Source of the DNA: Glaucostegus cemiculus
Lineage: Eukaryota
Direction: 5' to 3'
Length of the DNA stretch: 64,000 nucleotides
Assembly (NCBI GenBank): GCA_976551045.1
Contig: CDPCPM010000281.1
Span: forward strand, 13,950,001-14,014,000
Both the position numbers and the translations under genes were made by a program. Positions 1 to 11,962 of the stretch are shown here, in pieces. Position 1 is the stretch's first letter. Each line of letters starts with the position of its first letter. Under the pieces are notes generated by a model. That model was not told where the DNA came from. It was given only the letters and a program-made list of their open reading frames with translations, and did not search any database.

Positions 1-575
1 ACAGTCCTCGACACACTTGCTGCTAAAGTCCGCGATGGTGGTGACATACTCATCTAGGCTGGCAGCTGAGTCTTTGGACATGGACCAGTCCACTGACTCA
101 AAGCAGTCACGCAGAAGCTCATCTGCTTCCTCAGACCAGCACTGCACGACTCTCTGTACTGGATCCTCCCGTTTCAGCTTCTGTTTGTACGTAGGGAGGA
201 GGAGCACAGCCTGGTGGTCTGATTTCCCAAAGTGAGGGTGAGGGGTGGCTCATCAGGCATCTTTGGTTGTATTGCAATGGCCAAGGGTTTTGGGGCCCCT
301 GGTGGGACAGGAGAGGTGCTGCTAGTACTTTGGTGATGCACTCTTGAAGTTGGCCTGTTTGAAGTCAGCTGCAATAATGAAGAGGGCTTAGGATATCCTG
401 TCTCAAGGCTGTTGACCACAGAGTTCATTAGTGCAGGCTTCACGTCTGTCTGGGGTGGGATGTAGACTGCCATCAGGATAGCTGAAGTGGACTCCTGTGG
501 CAGGTAGTATGGTGGACACTTCACCGTTAGATAGTCCAGGCTGGGTGAGCAGGAGCTTATTGAAAGCCATAGAGC
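1..575 (-). mobile_element. Rex1/Babar-type LINE fragment (APE endonuclease and linker region), frameshifted
   Basis: Minus-strand translations TVKCPPYYLPQESTSAILMAVYIPP and PHPHFGKSDHQAVLLLPTYKQKLK...CWSEEADELLRDCFESVDW match Rex1 endonuclease motifs (AVYIPP, G.SDH). Runs off the window start. Confidence 0.85.
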
Positions 576-1056
576 CAAATGTTACACAATATCACAGTGA
601 ATCTACTATACGTTTTTAAGTAGGTTTCTTCTGCTAATTTACTTCCAATTATAAGTCTTTACTCATCTGCAAAGACCCGTTGAATTACCTCCAGCTCGTC
701 AGTCTTTCTTGCTTTCCTTCCTTGCGGTGACAGCTGAAATGCAGTAACAGAAGGCCACCTCCAGTGAAATTAGTGTTGTCTACACTAGCGGCTTCATAAT
801 GGATTCACATCTCAAAGGAGATGTTCTCTTTCCTGCCTCAACATGAATGGATCTGCTTCGGGCGGGGTGTCTGATCATTCTCTGCTGCCCAGGTGCCACT
901 GGCAGTGAAGGGCCGTCTTCACAACATTCATCACAGTGTGGGCAGGGCTGGAGTCGCCAGCTGTAGGGGAATTTCCACTGCTCCTTCACGCCCGCTGTGG
1001 CTGCAGGACCTCCTGGTGTGCCTGTTTGTGGCAGTGTTCCTGACACTGTGTTGGGG

Positions 1057-1378
1057 AGGTGCAGCTGGTAGACCCGCTGCCTCACAGGTTCGATCCAAAC
1101 CTCGGATGTCTGCGTGGACTTTGCATGTCCTTCTTCCGATTGCATGGGTTTCGTCCTGATGCTTCAGTTTCCTCCCACGTCCCAAAGATGTGTGGGTTGG
1201 GAAGTTATTGCCACTGTAAATCACTCCTAAGTGTGTAGATCTGGGAGGAGTTGATGGAAATGTGGGGAGAATAAAATGGGTTAGTGTGGGATTGGTGAAG
1301 AAAATGGGTGCTTGCTGGTCAGCGCAAACCTGGTGGACTGAAGGGCTTTTGCTCTGCTGTCTCTCGATGACTGAATCT
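1057..1378 (+). mobile_element. HE1-like V-SINE
   Basis: tRNA-like head (ggtgcagctggtag...ggttcgatcc), V-domain-like core (gtggactttgcatgt...gggtttc...ttcctcccac...ccaaaga) and CR1-like tail. Confidence 0.8.
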
Positions 1379-2124
1379 ATTTAACATAAATTTTGGGGTG
1401 TCAGGTGATTCACTCACCCCAGAATAGGAAGCCTCTGTCCTGCTCTTTCAGCTATGGTGTTGATGTGGCTGGGGTAGTGAATTGCTGTAATTCCCTGCCC
1501 CTGTGGGGGGTGGAGGCCAGACTCGTGGTGGAGAGTTGAGGGTGACGAGGAACTGGCACAGAAGAATTGGTCGGCATAGATCAGACATGATTATATCGAG
1601 TAGTGGGCCAGGCTTCAGGGACCCGGTGGCCTACTCCTTTTCCTATATTCTTGTGTTCTGCCCTGTGTCTTCTGCTGCTTTTCATGAAAAGGTGCACTGC
1701 GTTTTGCTGCAGCCACTCCTCATCTATTCTCACTCTCCCTGGCATCTCTTGTTATGACTCAGATGAGCTAACCAACCACAGAATGAGGATCAAAGCTGAG
1801 ATCTCCCAGTGAGTGTGTCTGACTTTCCAGTGAGGTGTGCCTGTTGCATTCTCTCGATCAGACATTGCAGTGGTTCAGTATAACGTCAATGTGCAGGAAA
1901 CAGATAGAGGGAACTTTATCCACATCTGTGACCAAAGCCCAGGTGGTTTTGTCTCAGCAGCTACAAAGAAATATTCGGAACTGTACTGTAGTCTGCCCCA
2001 GTCCCTGTGTTGCGATTCAATAAAGGGAAAGAAGGAAGTCCTCCTGCACCCAGGTTTTGCTCACAGGTTCCTGGCCCTGAAGCAGATGTAAATGGCTTTT
2101 AAAAGTGCTAGAAGCCCTGCCTCT

Positions 2125-2765
2125 TTAGTTAGTGTAGTTTGTTGTCATGTACACCAGGGTGCAATGAAATTCCTTGCTTGCATGAAGCTCACAGTAAACA
2201 GTATACACAGTAATAATAAATACAACAATAATTAGAGCAATGAGTGCAGAACAACAGAATGATGTAAAGATTGTAGTGCAATCTTGAATAGTGCAAAAAG
2301 AAATGCTAAGGTGACAATAATGGAATAACCAAGAGAGGTAGAGTTAAGAGTCTGAGAATATAGCAGCACCACTGGGAAAGGGATCTAGAAAGAGGTGTTT
2401 GGTTCAAAAGTCTGACAGCGGTGTGGACGAAGCTGTACTTTAGTCTGGTCGTCTGCGCTTTCAAGCTCCTGTATCTCCTCCCAGAAGCTAGAAAAGGGAA
2501 AAGGGAATGGCCAGGGTGGCAGGCACACTTGATGATGCCATTAGCCCTCCTGAAGCAACACACCATGCAGATGGACTGAATGGAAGGAAGTGACAAGCTT
2601 GTGATGGACTGGGCAGTGTTTTCCACCCTCTGCAGATTCCTTCGGTCCAGGGCAGAGCAGTTAGCATACCAGGCTGAGATGCAACCTATTAGGATACTTA
2701 CTCTAACTCATCTGTAGAAGTTCAAGAGAATCCTTGTGGCAAGCCGAATCTTCTCGGATGCCTAA
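2125..2765 (-). mobile_element. Rex1/Babar LINE 3' end, 5'-truncated
   Basis: ORF 2306..2626 contains HPGHSLF..LASGRRYRSLKAQTTRLKYSF...AVRLLN, the Rex1 C-terminus, followed by a 3' UTR. Confidence 0.85.
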
Positions 2766-4273
2766 GCCCATGAACTTTAATGTCTGGTTTCTCTCCATAT
2801 GCTGGCTGCAGGATAGCAAAGCCTGGCCACCTCTGGTGTCCCTGCAACCACTGCTTGTCCCACTACAGGCGGCTTTGCATGGGAACCTCAAATGAGCACA
2901 AGTGGAATTCTTGCGGTGACCACCACGTGCCCCCAGAAATCTCTCAGCCTCCGATATTTTCCATTTGCAGGTGCTGGCACCCAGAAGTCAGGGTACCTGG
3001 CAGTCAGGTGTTGGAGGATGGAAGTGCTGAGCTACTAGACGGCATTATTGCTTTTCTCAGACCAATGAGTCTGATTCCCTTGTGCTCTCTGCTCATCATG
3101 TGTTGTACAGTAGGATACTCCGCGGTTAAAAAAACATCTTGCAAATGATACAGGAAGTCCTCTAATACTAAAAAGAAAGTTCCACCTCAGGAAAGAAATG
3201 ACATTAATCCTAAAGATTATTACATTATATAAAAACTGCACTGCAGTGTAAATTAGAATGTGTCAATGTCAGATCATACTGTTTCCAATATGGAGTAGTC
3301 CAAACATTGTTATGTTACTACGAACAATTCACTGCTCTGTCACATGCAGGTGCTCACTGATAAATGCAGTAATAATTCTATATTACAATATGGGAAAACC
3401 ATATTGTTAGGAGCAGATCTCATTGGGGCACTGTCAAATAATTCACACGTCAGTGAAACATGCAGGTAGAAAATTAATAACATTCCTCTGTCAGAAAATT
3501 CTGCTGGCTATAATTACTGTACCACCATCTGTGGATTTGTACAGAGTTTATTAGTGTTAACTGAAGCATGCATTAAAGTGAAAACTCTCTGCAGAGATTT
3601 GATAATGAAATATAAGGAGATTTTTAATATGGAGTTGAAGGACATTTCTAATATTGGAGACATTCTAGACAATCTTGTGTTTGTTCAGACTTTAGATGCA
3701 TTCTGTGAACTTTGCCTGTTTGGACCTTGCGTTTGTGAGCTCACTGCTGAACTTAGTGTAAACAATGGCTACTTTCTTCATTGCCACACACAAAATACTG
3801 GGTATATGTGGAACAATACCTTAATGAGGAAATGCACTGTATTTTAAGAAGGGAAATGTGCCAATGTAGCAAAACAACACTATGTCCCTTGCCGTATTAA
3901 GTAAAAGAACAATTTTAGTTTTCCTTATTGCTTTGTTACAAAGTCACAAGGAAGGTTTCCACTGACACGATAGGTAATGCTTAGTTATTCAAAGATGGAA
4001 GGGTGTTGGGTCTAACATCAGCTCAGTTTCTTCTCCAATCTTGAGGTTATTCACTTTAGATTTGCCAACAGCGGATGGTGTTTCAACTGCTCCAAAGCAT
4101 GACATTTGATGCTGTAATCATGCATATTCTTGTGGAGATCACTTCAAGTGGCTGCATCTCATGTGGAATTGCATGCTTGCCTTTGTGCTTATCAGTTTTC
4201 ACAGTGCCCTCACGGTGTAGCTCTCAATTTCATGGACTGGATCATGTGGACCAACCCCACATCTGTGTGCCGC

Positions 4274-4835
4274 TCATAGAACAGTACAGCAGAAGAACAG
4301 GCCCTTCGGCCCACGATGTCTGTATTGAACATGATGCCAAATTAAATAAAATCTTTTTGCTTGTACGTGATCCGTATTTCTCCATTCCCTGCATATTCCT
4401 GTGTCTATCTAGCAGTCTCTTAAACGTCACTATTGTATCTGCTTCCACCTTGGCGGCTCATTCCAGGCACCTGCCCTTCAGTGTTCTAAAATAAAACCTT
4501 GTCCTGCGCATCTCATTTAAACTTTCCTCCTCTCACCTTAAACGTATGCCCGCTAGTATTTTACACTTCAAACCTGGGAAACTGTTGAACCTACCTCTGC
4601 CTCTCATAATCTTATAAACTTTTATCAGGTCTCCCCTCAGCCCCTGACACTCCTGAGAAAACAACCCAAGTTTGTCCAACCTCTCCTTTATAGCTCATAC
4701 CCTTTCACCCCACGCAGCATCCTGGGAAACCTCTTCTGCATCCTTTCCAAAGCCTCCACATCTTTCCTGGAATGGGGCAAAAGGAATTGCACACAATGCT
4801 CTAGCTGCAGGCTAATCAAAGTTTTATACCGTTGC
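4274..4835 (-). mobile_element. CR1 (HER1-like) LINE 3' end
   Basis: catagaacagtacagc...aggcccttcggccc tail; ORF 4242..4448 has EADTIVTFKRLLDRH. Confidence 0.85.
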
Positions 4836-5229
4836 AACTCATCTGATAGTGGAAGCTGCACTGAGTGCTACTCGGGAGATATCAGCGATCTTGACAGAAA
4901 CTCAACTAAGGCTGACCCACGGAGGACTCCACGTCACTTGCCAGTCATCAGCACACTTCCTTTATTTCACAAATGATTGACATGGAATCCCTTGCTGGCT
5001 TCATACCCAACCTCCCCGTCCTAAAATGGGACACAGTTAAGAAATGTCACCAGGGTTTCCATGTCAACCATCTGGGAGATAGAGGAACCTGAAACTATTT
5101 GAAACATTATTGCCAGCTTGTGTCTTCATTGAGACACAAGAGATTCTGCAGATGCTGGAGTCTGGAGCAACGTACACAAAATGCTGGAGGAACTCAGCAG
5201 ATCAGGCAGCATCTATGGAGGGAAATAAA

Positions 5230-5267
5230 CAGTTGACATTTTGGGTTGAGACTCTTCATCAGGACTG
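5230..5267 (-). ncRNA. Degenerate minimal type I hammerhead ribozyme motif
   Basis: Reverse complement reads cagtc-CTGATGA-agagtctcaaccc-aAAA-t-GTC-aactg; most departures from the inferred consensus are CpG transitions. Confidence 0.5.
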
Positions 5268-5884
5268 GAAAGGAAGAGGGCAGAAGCCAGAATAAGAAGC
5301 TCGGAGGAGCAGGAGGAGTACAGGTGAGAGGTGGAAAATAGGTGGTTGGGGGAGATGCAAGAAGCTGTGAGGTGATAGGTGGAAGAGGCAAGTAGCTGAA
5401 GAAGAAGAAGGAATCCAGTAGGAGAAGGCAGTGGACCATGGGATAAAGGGAAGGAGGTGGGGAATAGATGGGCAGGTCATGAGGGGTGAGGAAGGGAAAA
5501 GAGAAGGGGTGAGGGTGAAGGGGAGTGATTTCTCTAACCTCTGGTAACCCCTCCACTCTTTTTCCCCCTCCCTCCCTCCTCCTCCTCCTCCCCCCCCCAT
5601 TGTCTTCCCTCATTCCGGTGGCCCTTCACCACTTCTCTTTCGCCTCCCCACCCTCATGGATTGCCCATCTATTCCCCACCTTCCTCCCTAAATTCCATGG
5701 TCCACTGCCCCCTCCTACTGGATTCCTTCTTCAGATATTTGCCTCTTCCATCTACCACCCCTCAGCTTTTTACATCTCTCCCCTCCCCTCACCCAACTAC
5801 CTTCCCCTCTCACCTGTCACCTGCCTGGGTGTGCTCCTCCCCCTCCCCTCACCTTCTTATTCCAGCTTCTGCACTCTTCCTTTC

Positions 5885-5920
5885 CAGTCCCGATGAAGGG
5901 TCTCGACCCAAAACATCGAC
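5885..5920 (+). ncRNA. Degenerate minimal type I hammerhead ribozyme motif
   Basis: cagtc-CcGATGA-a-gggtc-tc-gaccc-aAAA-c-aTC-gac; stem II intact, core mutated. Confidence 0.45.
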
Positions 5921-6044
5921 CATTTATTTCCCTCCATAGATGCTGTCTGACCTGCTGAGTTCCTCCAGCATATTATGTATGTCTTCTTTGGATATTTTTC
6001 TCACAATATCTTCTGGCTTGTTGGCTGGTCTTTTGGCAAATGCA

Positions 6045-6140
6045 GGTCATTAAGATAGACTGTAAATAATTGAGGGCCAAGAACTGATCCTATGGGCATT
6101 CCTTTAATTACATCTTTCCTACCTGGAAAAAATCCGTTTA
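6045..6140 (-). mobile_element. Short CR1 reverse-transcriptase fragment
   Basis: GMPIGSVLGPQLFTVYLNDL resembles the GVPQGSVLGP.LF..YINDL RT motif. Confidence 0.75.
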
Positions 6141-6909
6141 TTTTGCTTATCCATCTTCTATGCAAAAAGCAAAGTGGAAGACAGTGCAAACCATTGCTCT
6201 CCTGCCTCCCTACTAAAACTACCAGGAAAGGACTGTTCCAACGGGTCTTGGAGGTTTAATAAACTTCACTAAATATTGCGGCAATGGGAACTAACAGAGA
6301 CGTCTGAGGAGTGATGAAACAGTGGAATTCTGCACTGTAGTGAAATGAAATTTAACTTTTCTATGTTTGATAAAAATGTGCAATCTATAAGCAGTTGTTT
6401 AAATGCTATAATCAACACTTACCTTGGCAGGCGATTGAAATTAATCCGGTGGCAGGTTCATGGGGCGGGAAAGAAAAATGGACCAAATTAATTTAAGAAA
6501 TAACGGTGCAATAAAGATTTCTCACTCAAAGTGTCACCGAATACACATGGCACGGTTCCCCAGTGTCTGCAGGCGGCTTTTAACGGGCTCATCCATTTTC
6601 TTTTATTGCTTTAAGAACTGATTGCAATGTGGTTAAAAACTGCTGGCAAGATTTTCTTTAAACTTTGTTGTGAATTTTCCAGCTCACAAAGCAAACAGAG
6701 TTGGGGAAAGTGGAACTCCTTTTAAGTACTTTGGTAGGAGAACAAGGTCCTGTTCTGGGCTGCATGTTGGTTGGGATGTATAAGTGAGTCCAGTGATTTC
6801 ACCCACATTGCTCCAGTGTTCCCAGTCCTTCCCTAATTTTCATCAGCAGCCCCGTTACATCGACAGTAAATGTAATGACAGAATTCAGGACCATAGATTC
6901 ATGGTCTCA

Positions 6910-7300
6910 GGGCTTTCTGAAGATTTCTGCAGCCAATAAAGATGCTTTTAATGTGTAGCCTTTCTAATGATGTAAGTAGCACAGTGGCTTCTTTGCATTT
7001 AGCAAGCTGCCATAACAACGATCTAATATTGCACCAGACAACTGATGTAGTGATAATTGATTTGGGTTGAAAATGGGTAGAATGGCACAGCCTATTTTTG
7101 AACTATTGTCATGAGATCCTTTACCTGAAAGAGCAGATGGGACTTTGCTTTAACATCCCCCCAAAAATCTGTGCCACCACAAGAGTTTATCAGAAGGTCT
7201 CCCACCTCACCCTAAAGTGTGTTCAGGTTTTTGGACTGGGTCAATGAGTCTAGAACCTCCAGGCTCAGTGGTAATGCTACTGACTGCACTAAAGTTGACA
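6910..7300 (-). mobile_element. Old SacSINE1-like Deu-SINE
   Basis: Antisense matches to recalled Deu-SINE motifs: cagccaataaagatgc, gagatcctttacctgaaagagcagatggg...tttaacatc. Confidence 0.55.
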
Positions 7301-7954
7301 CTCTTTTAATAATGATCAATTCTTCATATTGGCTGGAGTATGGATTCTATCTCGGGCCCATCGTCAGTCTTTCTAAGAAGTGGGAAGATAAAGAGGTGAG
7401 CACTGAAAGACCTTTATGGTCAATGATGGGGGAGAAAATGCTCCTATTCCTCTGAGTGAGAGAGAGGAATTAGGAATTAAATGAGATATTAGAAAATGTG
7501 TGCACACAGTCACAAGCAGCTGGAGAGCACAAGTTTTTTTTTCCAAGTGATTTTCTGGTGAGAGTTTTGGAGAAAATCAAGTGACCTGCCCATCCCCCCA
7601 AATATGAAAGGTGGGTGTCAGGGAGCACCCAGTGTCCAACATGAATTATGTCCATTGGAGCCCCATTGAGAAGAGCTAAAGGAGACCTGGAGTGAGTCAC
7701 TGGAAGTGATCGTAGAACTGGAGTAAGTCTCACAGAGAGTGGTCATAGAACTGTGGCCAGACAATGAGCAGGGACCTGGAGATGGTCCCTGAGAACTGCA
7801 GCTGAGAGCAGTGGCAGTCCGAAGGGAATCATTACTAATTAGCTTAAAGCATTTGCCTTATTCAGTGCTTTCCCCCTAAACATGAGTAGAAGTTGCTCAT
7901 CCTGAAAATCACACTCAATACCTCTACCTCCTCTCCCATCTTCCCAGATGATCA

Positions 7955-8135
7955 AGCAACATCTTGACTTCCACATTACTGTTCCCTGAGTTAAAATTCT
8001 AGAACTGGCTCACTGCACCACTGGGTCTATCCTCGTAATGACCGCCATGGTTCAAGATGAAATCCCATTTCATTTCAAAGGCACTAATGATAAATTCCAG
8101 ATTTCCATTCATGCTCATAACCTGAGCCTGAATTC
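7955..8135 (+). mobile_element. Old CR1-group LINE 3' tail
   Basis: atcttgactt...gagttaaaattctagaact...ggttcaag, similar to tails at 29680-30030, 46990-47225 and about 59250-59440. Confidence 0.45.
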
Positions 8136-8574
8136 AAATGGGTTTTAAATCCTTATGACACCAATAGGAGGTCCCATTCACAGGCAGTGAGATCTTGATG
8201 CTCTATGTGATAGCTTCTTCCCTGATTCATCAGACTGGGATCTCCCCATTCTCCAATTCATGGAAAAGCATAAGAAATAGAAGTAAGCATTAGCCATTTG
8301 CCTCTCATGCCAATTCCACCATTCAGTAAGGTCACGGCTAATCTTTTACCTCGCATTTCCACATTGATCTCTCAAAACTATGATGCTCTGCTCTACCTGC
8401 CTTTACTTGGCCATTTCAGTGGAGTCAACCCCCTTCAATGGCTCGACTCTCCAGGATTCCCAAGAAATTCTAGCCCCATATGGCAAGATTCCTGCCCCAT
8501 ATCTACTGCATTACTCAAATTAGCCAACACTGGGCTTTTAGATGGGTTTGGTCTCTTCCAATTTCAGTTCCACT

Positions 8575-8710
8575 CTGACCCACCTCACTCTCCCTCACCT
8601 CATCCCACTCCACTCCACCCTGCCTTGCCCCATCCCACCCTGTCCTATTCTGCCCTACTCTGGTCAATCCTTCACACCCCTGCTTTGTCCCATTTCACCC
8701 CACCCTCCCT
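8575..8710 (+). repeat. C-rich degenerate pentamer (ccc[at]c-like) low-complexity tract
   Basis: cccacctcactctccctcacctcatcccactccactccaccctgcc... Confidence 0.6.
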
Positions 8711-9109
8711 TGTTTGCTGTAGTCAAATAGATTGAAAGTTCAAAGGTGGGGTAGAATGTACAGCCACTGGTCTATAAAGTGTTTAATGCTGCTGCTCAGA
8801 GGCAGAGCAACTGTGCAGAAAAGATACAAAACAAGTATGAGATAGATAAAGAAAAATATTACATGAGCTACTCTTAACACGGACAATAGGCATTAGCTAC
8901 ACTGAAGCAAATGCATCTCATAAAGTTAGGGTAAACAATGCCAGTATGATATCGATTGCGAAACAGGAGGTAAAAACGGAGTCTGGAGCTGAAAAAAAAA
9001 GATAATGGAAAATGCAAGTGCAAGGGAGCAACTACAGAAGTCCTTGCTGCTGCTGGAAGTCACTCAACTCCATGGCAGTTCATGACCATCTATCCCTGGT
9101 TGGAGTGGT

Positions 9110-9290
9110 GGCTTGGTGTCAGTACTCACATTTCTGGAGGTGAAGCTCAGGGGTTCAAGTCTCACTCTAGAGACCTGAACATGAAAGTCAAGGCTGGAAG
9201 GACCATCTTTTGAGGAATGACTTAAAAAGGGACTTTGTCCATCCTCTCAGATGGAAGTAAGCAGTACTGTGGTGCTATTTCACAGCTCCA
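9110..9290 (+). mobile_element. SacSINE1-like Deu-SINE fragment
   Basis: B-box gggttcaagtctcactctagagacctga...aggctg, then ctctcagatgga...tggtgctattt. Confidence 0.6.
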
Positions 9291-10677
9291 TAACTGGGAA
9301 TCTTTCTCCTTTCAGGGTTTGGGTCCAAACATCCTGACCACAGCTGCTCAGTGAGGTAGGTTGCTTCACAACACTGCAGTCCCCGTGCAGTATCCAAGAG
9401 TCAGGGCCTGGTTCTTGTATCTTTATAGCTTAGACAAATGTTATTTCTCAAACTTTTAATTATGGTGTTGAATTTCGTTACCATTGAAAGGGTTAACTTT
9501 TATTGGAACTGGGAAATAGAAAGATGCAAGTTTATTGTTTCATAAATAGTCAGAATGCAATAGCGGCTGGATTGAATTACACTGTCACTATTGATCCTAC
9601 ACAGACAGTACACAGTTCTCAGAGGATCAGCGACTGCAGAGAGGAGACAGAAGCATACCGATGTTATCAAAATCTAATGTCGTTTGTTCAATTTTCTCTC
9701 CGATTTTCTAATATTATCAAGACATGGGAGTGTCAGACCCTATGAAGATATTACTACCTGGATGGAAGCTAATGAACACAGCAATCAAGGAACACTATGA
9801 AATGTGGCTCAAGTACAATGCTGAGACCTATTGTGAAATCTATTACAGGAAGAAATTACATTGGGCCAAAGTTGTAAAATTTATTTCACTGTACTCTGTC
9901 CCTCAGGGTCTCCAAAGACATCAGATTCTCATCAGTTTGACAAGACCATGAGCAGACACAGAATTTGTTCGTGGTGTCACTGGGGGATAGTGACTTCTTT
10001 ATCAGGGAACTGCCTCAGAGATGGAATGCAATGGTAGCTTGATTGGTTTGGTGATATGTAGACCCAGGCCTGTTTATGTGCCGGCTCTAGGTTCGCAGTG
10101 TTGCAGATTTATAACTGTTCTGCTGCTGAACTCTCTGCAATTTCGTTGTATTGTGGACAACAGTCCACTGGGAGCTGGATTGAGAGGGGCTAAACTCAAA
10201 TAATTTAGGAAGTGTGACAGCAGTCACAAGAGAGAGGAGTTTCATTACTCTTCATATAAGCAAGGAATCGTATCCACATCTCAAAGGTGTTAAAATAGCA
10301 GCAATCAAATGCACTGTCCCATCAAGCATCAGAGAGAGAGAAAGCTCGATTCCCATGTAGGCTGATTCCAATCTAGCCTTTTGGCTTAAAGGACTTAAAT
10401 TTTTATCTTTTATTAATTTCTTCATCAGGGAGGAAAAAAAAATCACATTCTCAGTCCAGGCAGAATGTTGATCCAAGCCCTGGCAACAGAATACCAACAT
10501 TGTAAACTATTGCAGTACCCTTTCTCTTTGTGATCTTTGCAGTTAACTCCACAATGATACCTAAAGGTGAAAGGTGCAGTGAAGAGTAATGAAATGAATA
10601 GAATGCACAAAGCACCAAATGCAATTCGAGTGGTGAAGTCTGGAACAACAAAGAAGCTCCATGTGACTTGTATTAGA

Positions 10678-10929
10678 AAGTGCAAAATCAATAAAGAACT
10701 GCAGATGCTGGAAATCTGAAATAAAAACAGGAAATGCTAGAAACTCTCAGCAGGTCAGGCAGCATCTGTGGACAAAGAAACAACTAATGTTTCAAGTCCA
10801 GGACTCTTCATCAGAGAAAATTGTTTCTTCCTCAGTTCTGGTGAAGGGCCCCAGAAATGCTAATTGTTTCTCGATCTTCAGATGCTAACTGACTTGCTGA
10901 GTTATTCCAGCATTTTCTGATCTTGTTAC
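10678..10929. mobile_element. Penelope-derived short fold-back element (second subfamily) with two hammerhead-like motifs
   Basis: Arms 10725-10815 and 10832-10920 are inverted copies; flanked by tgacttgtattaga / tgacttgcatcaga. Confidence 0.65.
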
Positions 10930-11227
10930 TGACTTGCATCAGATCAGCCTCAGGGAGAGACTGGATTCAGGAGTGGTGTTCTAAATAACCATCTGGGATT
11001 TCTTGACCTTGCCATCCAGACTTCTCTGCTTCCTTCCATTTGTATCTTCAAACGCCCTCCCCAGCATTTGTTTCACATCAGGACCATCCACTCAGATCCT
11101 TGTTAACCCTGGGCTCCAGATTCCCTACCTGTTCCCTGCCTTGGCTCCGTGTTCATATCTACTTTGAGGAGACATCTTTCCTTCAAAAGAAATAGGCTAG
11201 AAATTAAAATGATCTGTGCGTAAGACT

Positions 11228-11360
11228 CAACTCAAGTCAAGTTGATTGTCATCTGCACAAGTACGGTGTGGTACAGGTACAATAAAAAAACTTGCTTGCA
11301 GCAGCATCACAGGCACGTAGGTTCAGACAACACACTGAACATAAATTATACCAGACAGTG
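11228..11360 (-). mobile_element. Rex1-type LINE 3' UTR fragment
   Basis: caagtcaagttgattgtcatctgcacaagtac...cttgcagcagcatcacaggcac is the reverse complement of the tails at 34860-34955 and 53967-54062. Confidence 0.7.
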
Positions 11361-11962
11361 TGGGGAAAAAAGCCTCTACACGGAGGAATACCCTGCTGAC
11401 CACCATCCCTATCTAACCTGGCTAGATCCTGTCCCTTCTTGAAGTCACCCCAGTGATACCTGTTCCTTTCCCAGTCTTTGCTTGTCACTTTAAATAGTGC
11501 CTAGTTAACCTGAAGCCTGGTGGGAGATTAAAAAAAAACATTCAGATGACATCACTGTTCGTGAACACCATGATAACACTATTTTCTTTGTTGAATTTGT
11601 GCACAGCAGGGCATATACAAACTCCACCCATTTCATGGGGTAATTATCCATATCCCCAATGGAATGGGCATTACGTTACTGGTTGTATGGGGGCCGCTGC
11701 TTGAACTGGACTGTGGAACAAAGAGAAGGATCAATATTTGTGTATCTTTATTCCGTTGTTAATGTGCAAACTATCCATTGTTAGGTTGCATGATGTTGAG
11801 TGTGTCTGTGTGTGTGAGTCTTGGTAAAGGAATTGAACTTGAGGATGAATTCCAGTTTTTGAATCCATCTGGTTGACAATGTCTACGCTGCACATAACTA
11901 AATGCTATCCTTCAGTGCCTTGGATGGATGGTAAAGGTTCTTTAAAGAGGAGCAAGAAGCCA

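Larger units (their letters stand above)
5132..5979. mobile_element. Penelope-like element 3' end with an inverted partial copy (fold-back), carrying two decayed hammerhead motifs
   Basis: 5132-5525 is an inverted copy of about 5620-5979. The + arm begins with GAT TTC TCT AAC CTC TGG TAA, resembling the DFSNFR* end of elasmobranch Penelope ORFs (recalled). Flanks tgtcttcattg / tgtcttctttg. Confidence 0.7.

Noticed and set aside
3554-3847. 97 aa ORF in AT-rich DNA (KYKEIFNMEL, faintly Gypsy-pol-like)
   Set aside because: Similarity limited to a few residues; no other retroviral motifs.
5194-5939. Pro/Ser/Leu-rich ORFs of 90-140 aa
   Set aside because: Stop-poor translations of the pyrimidine-rich Penelope-like UTR arms.
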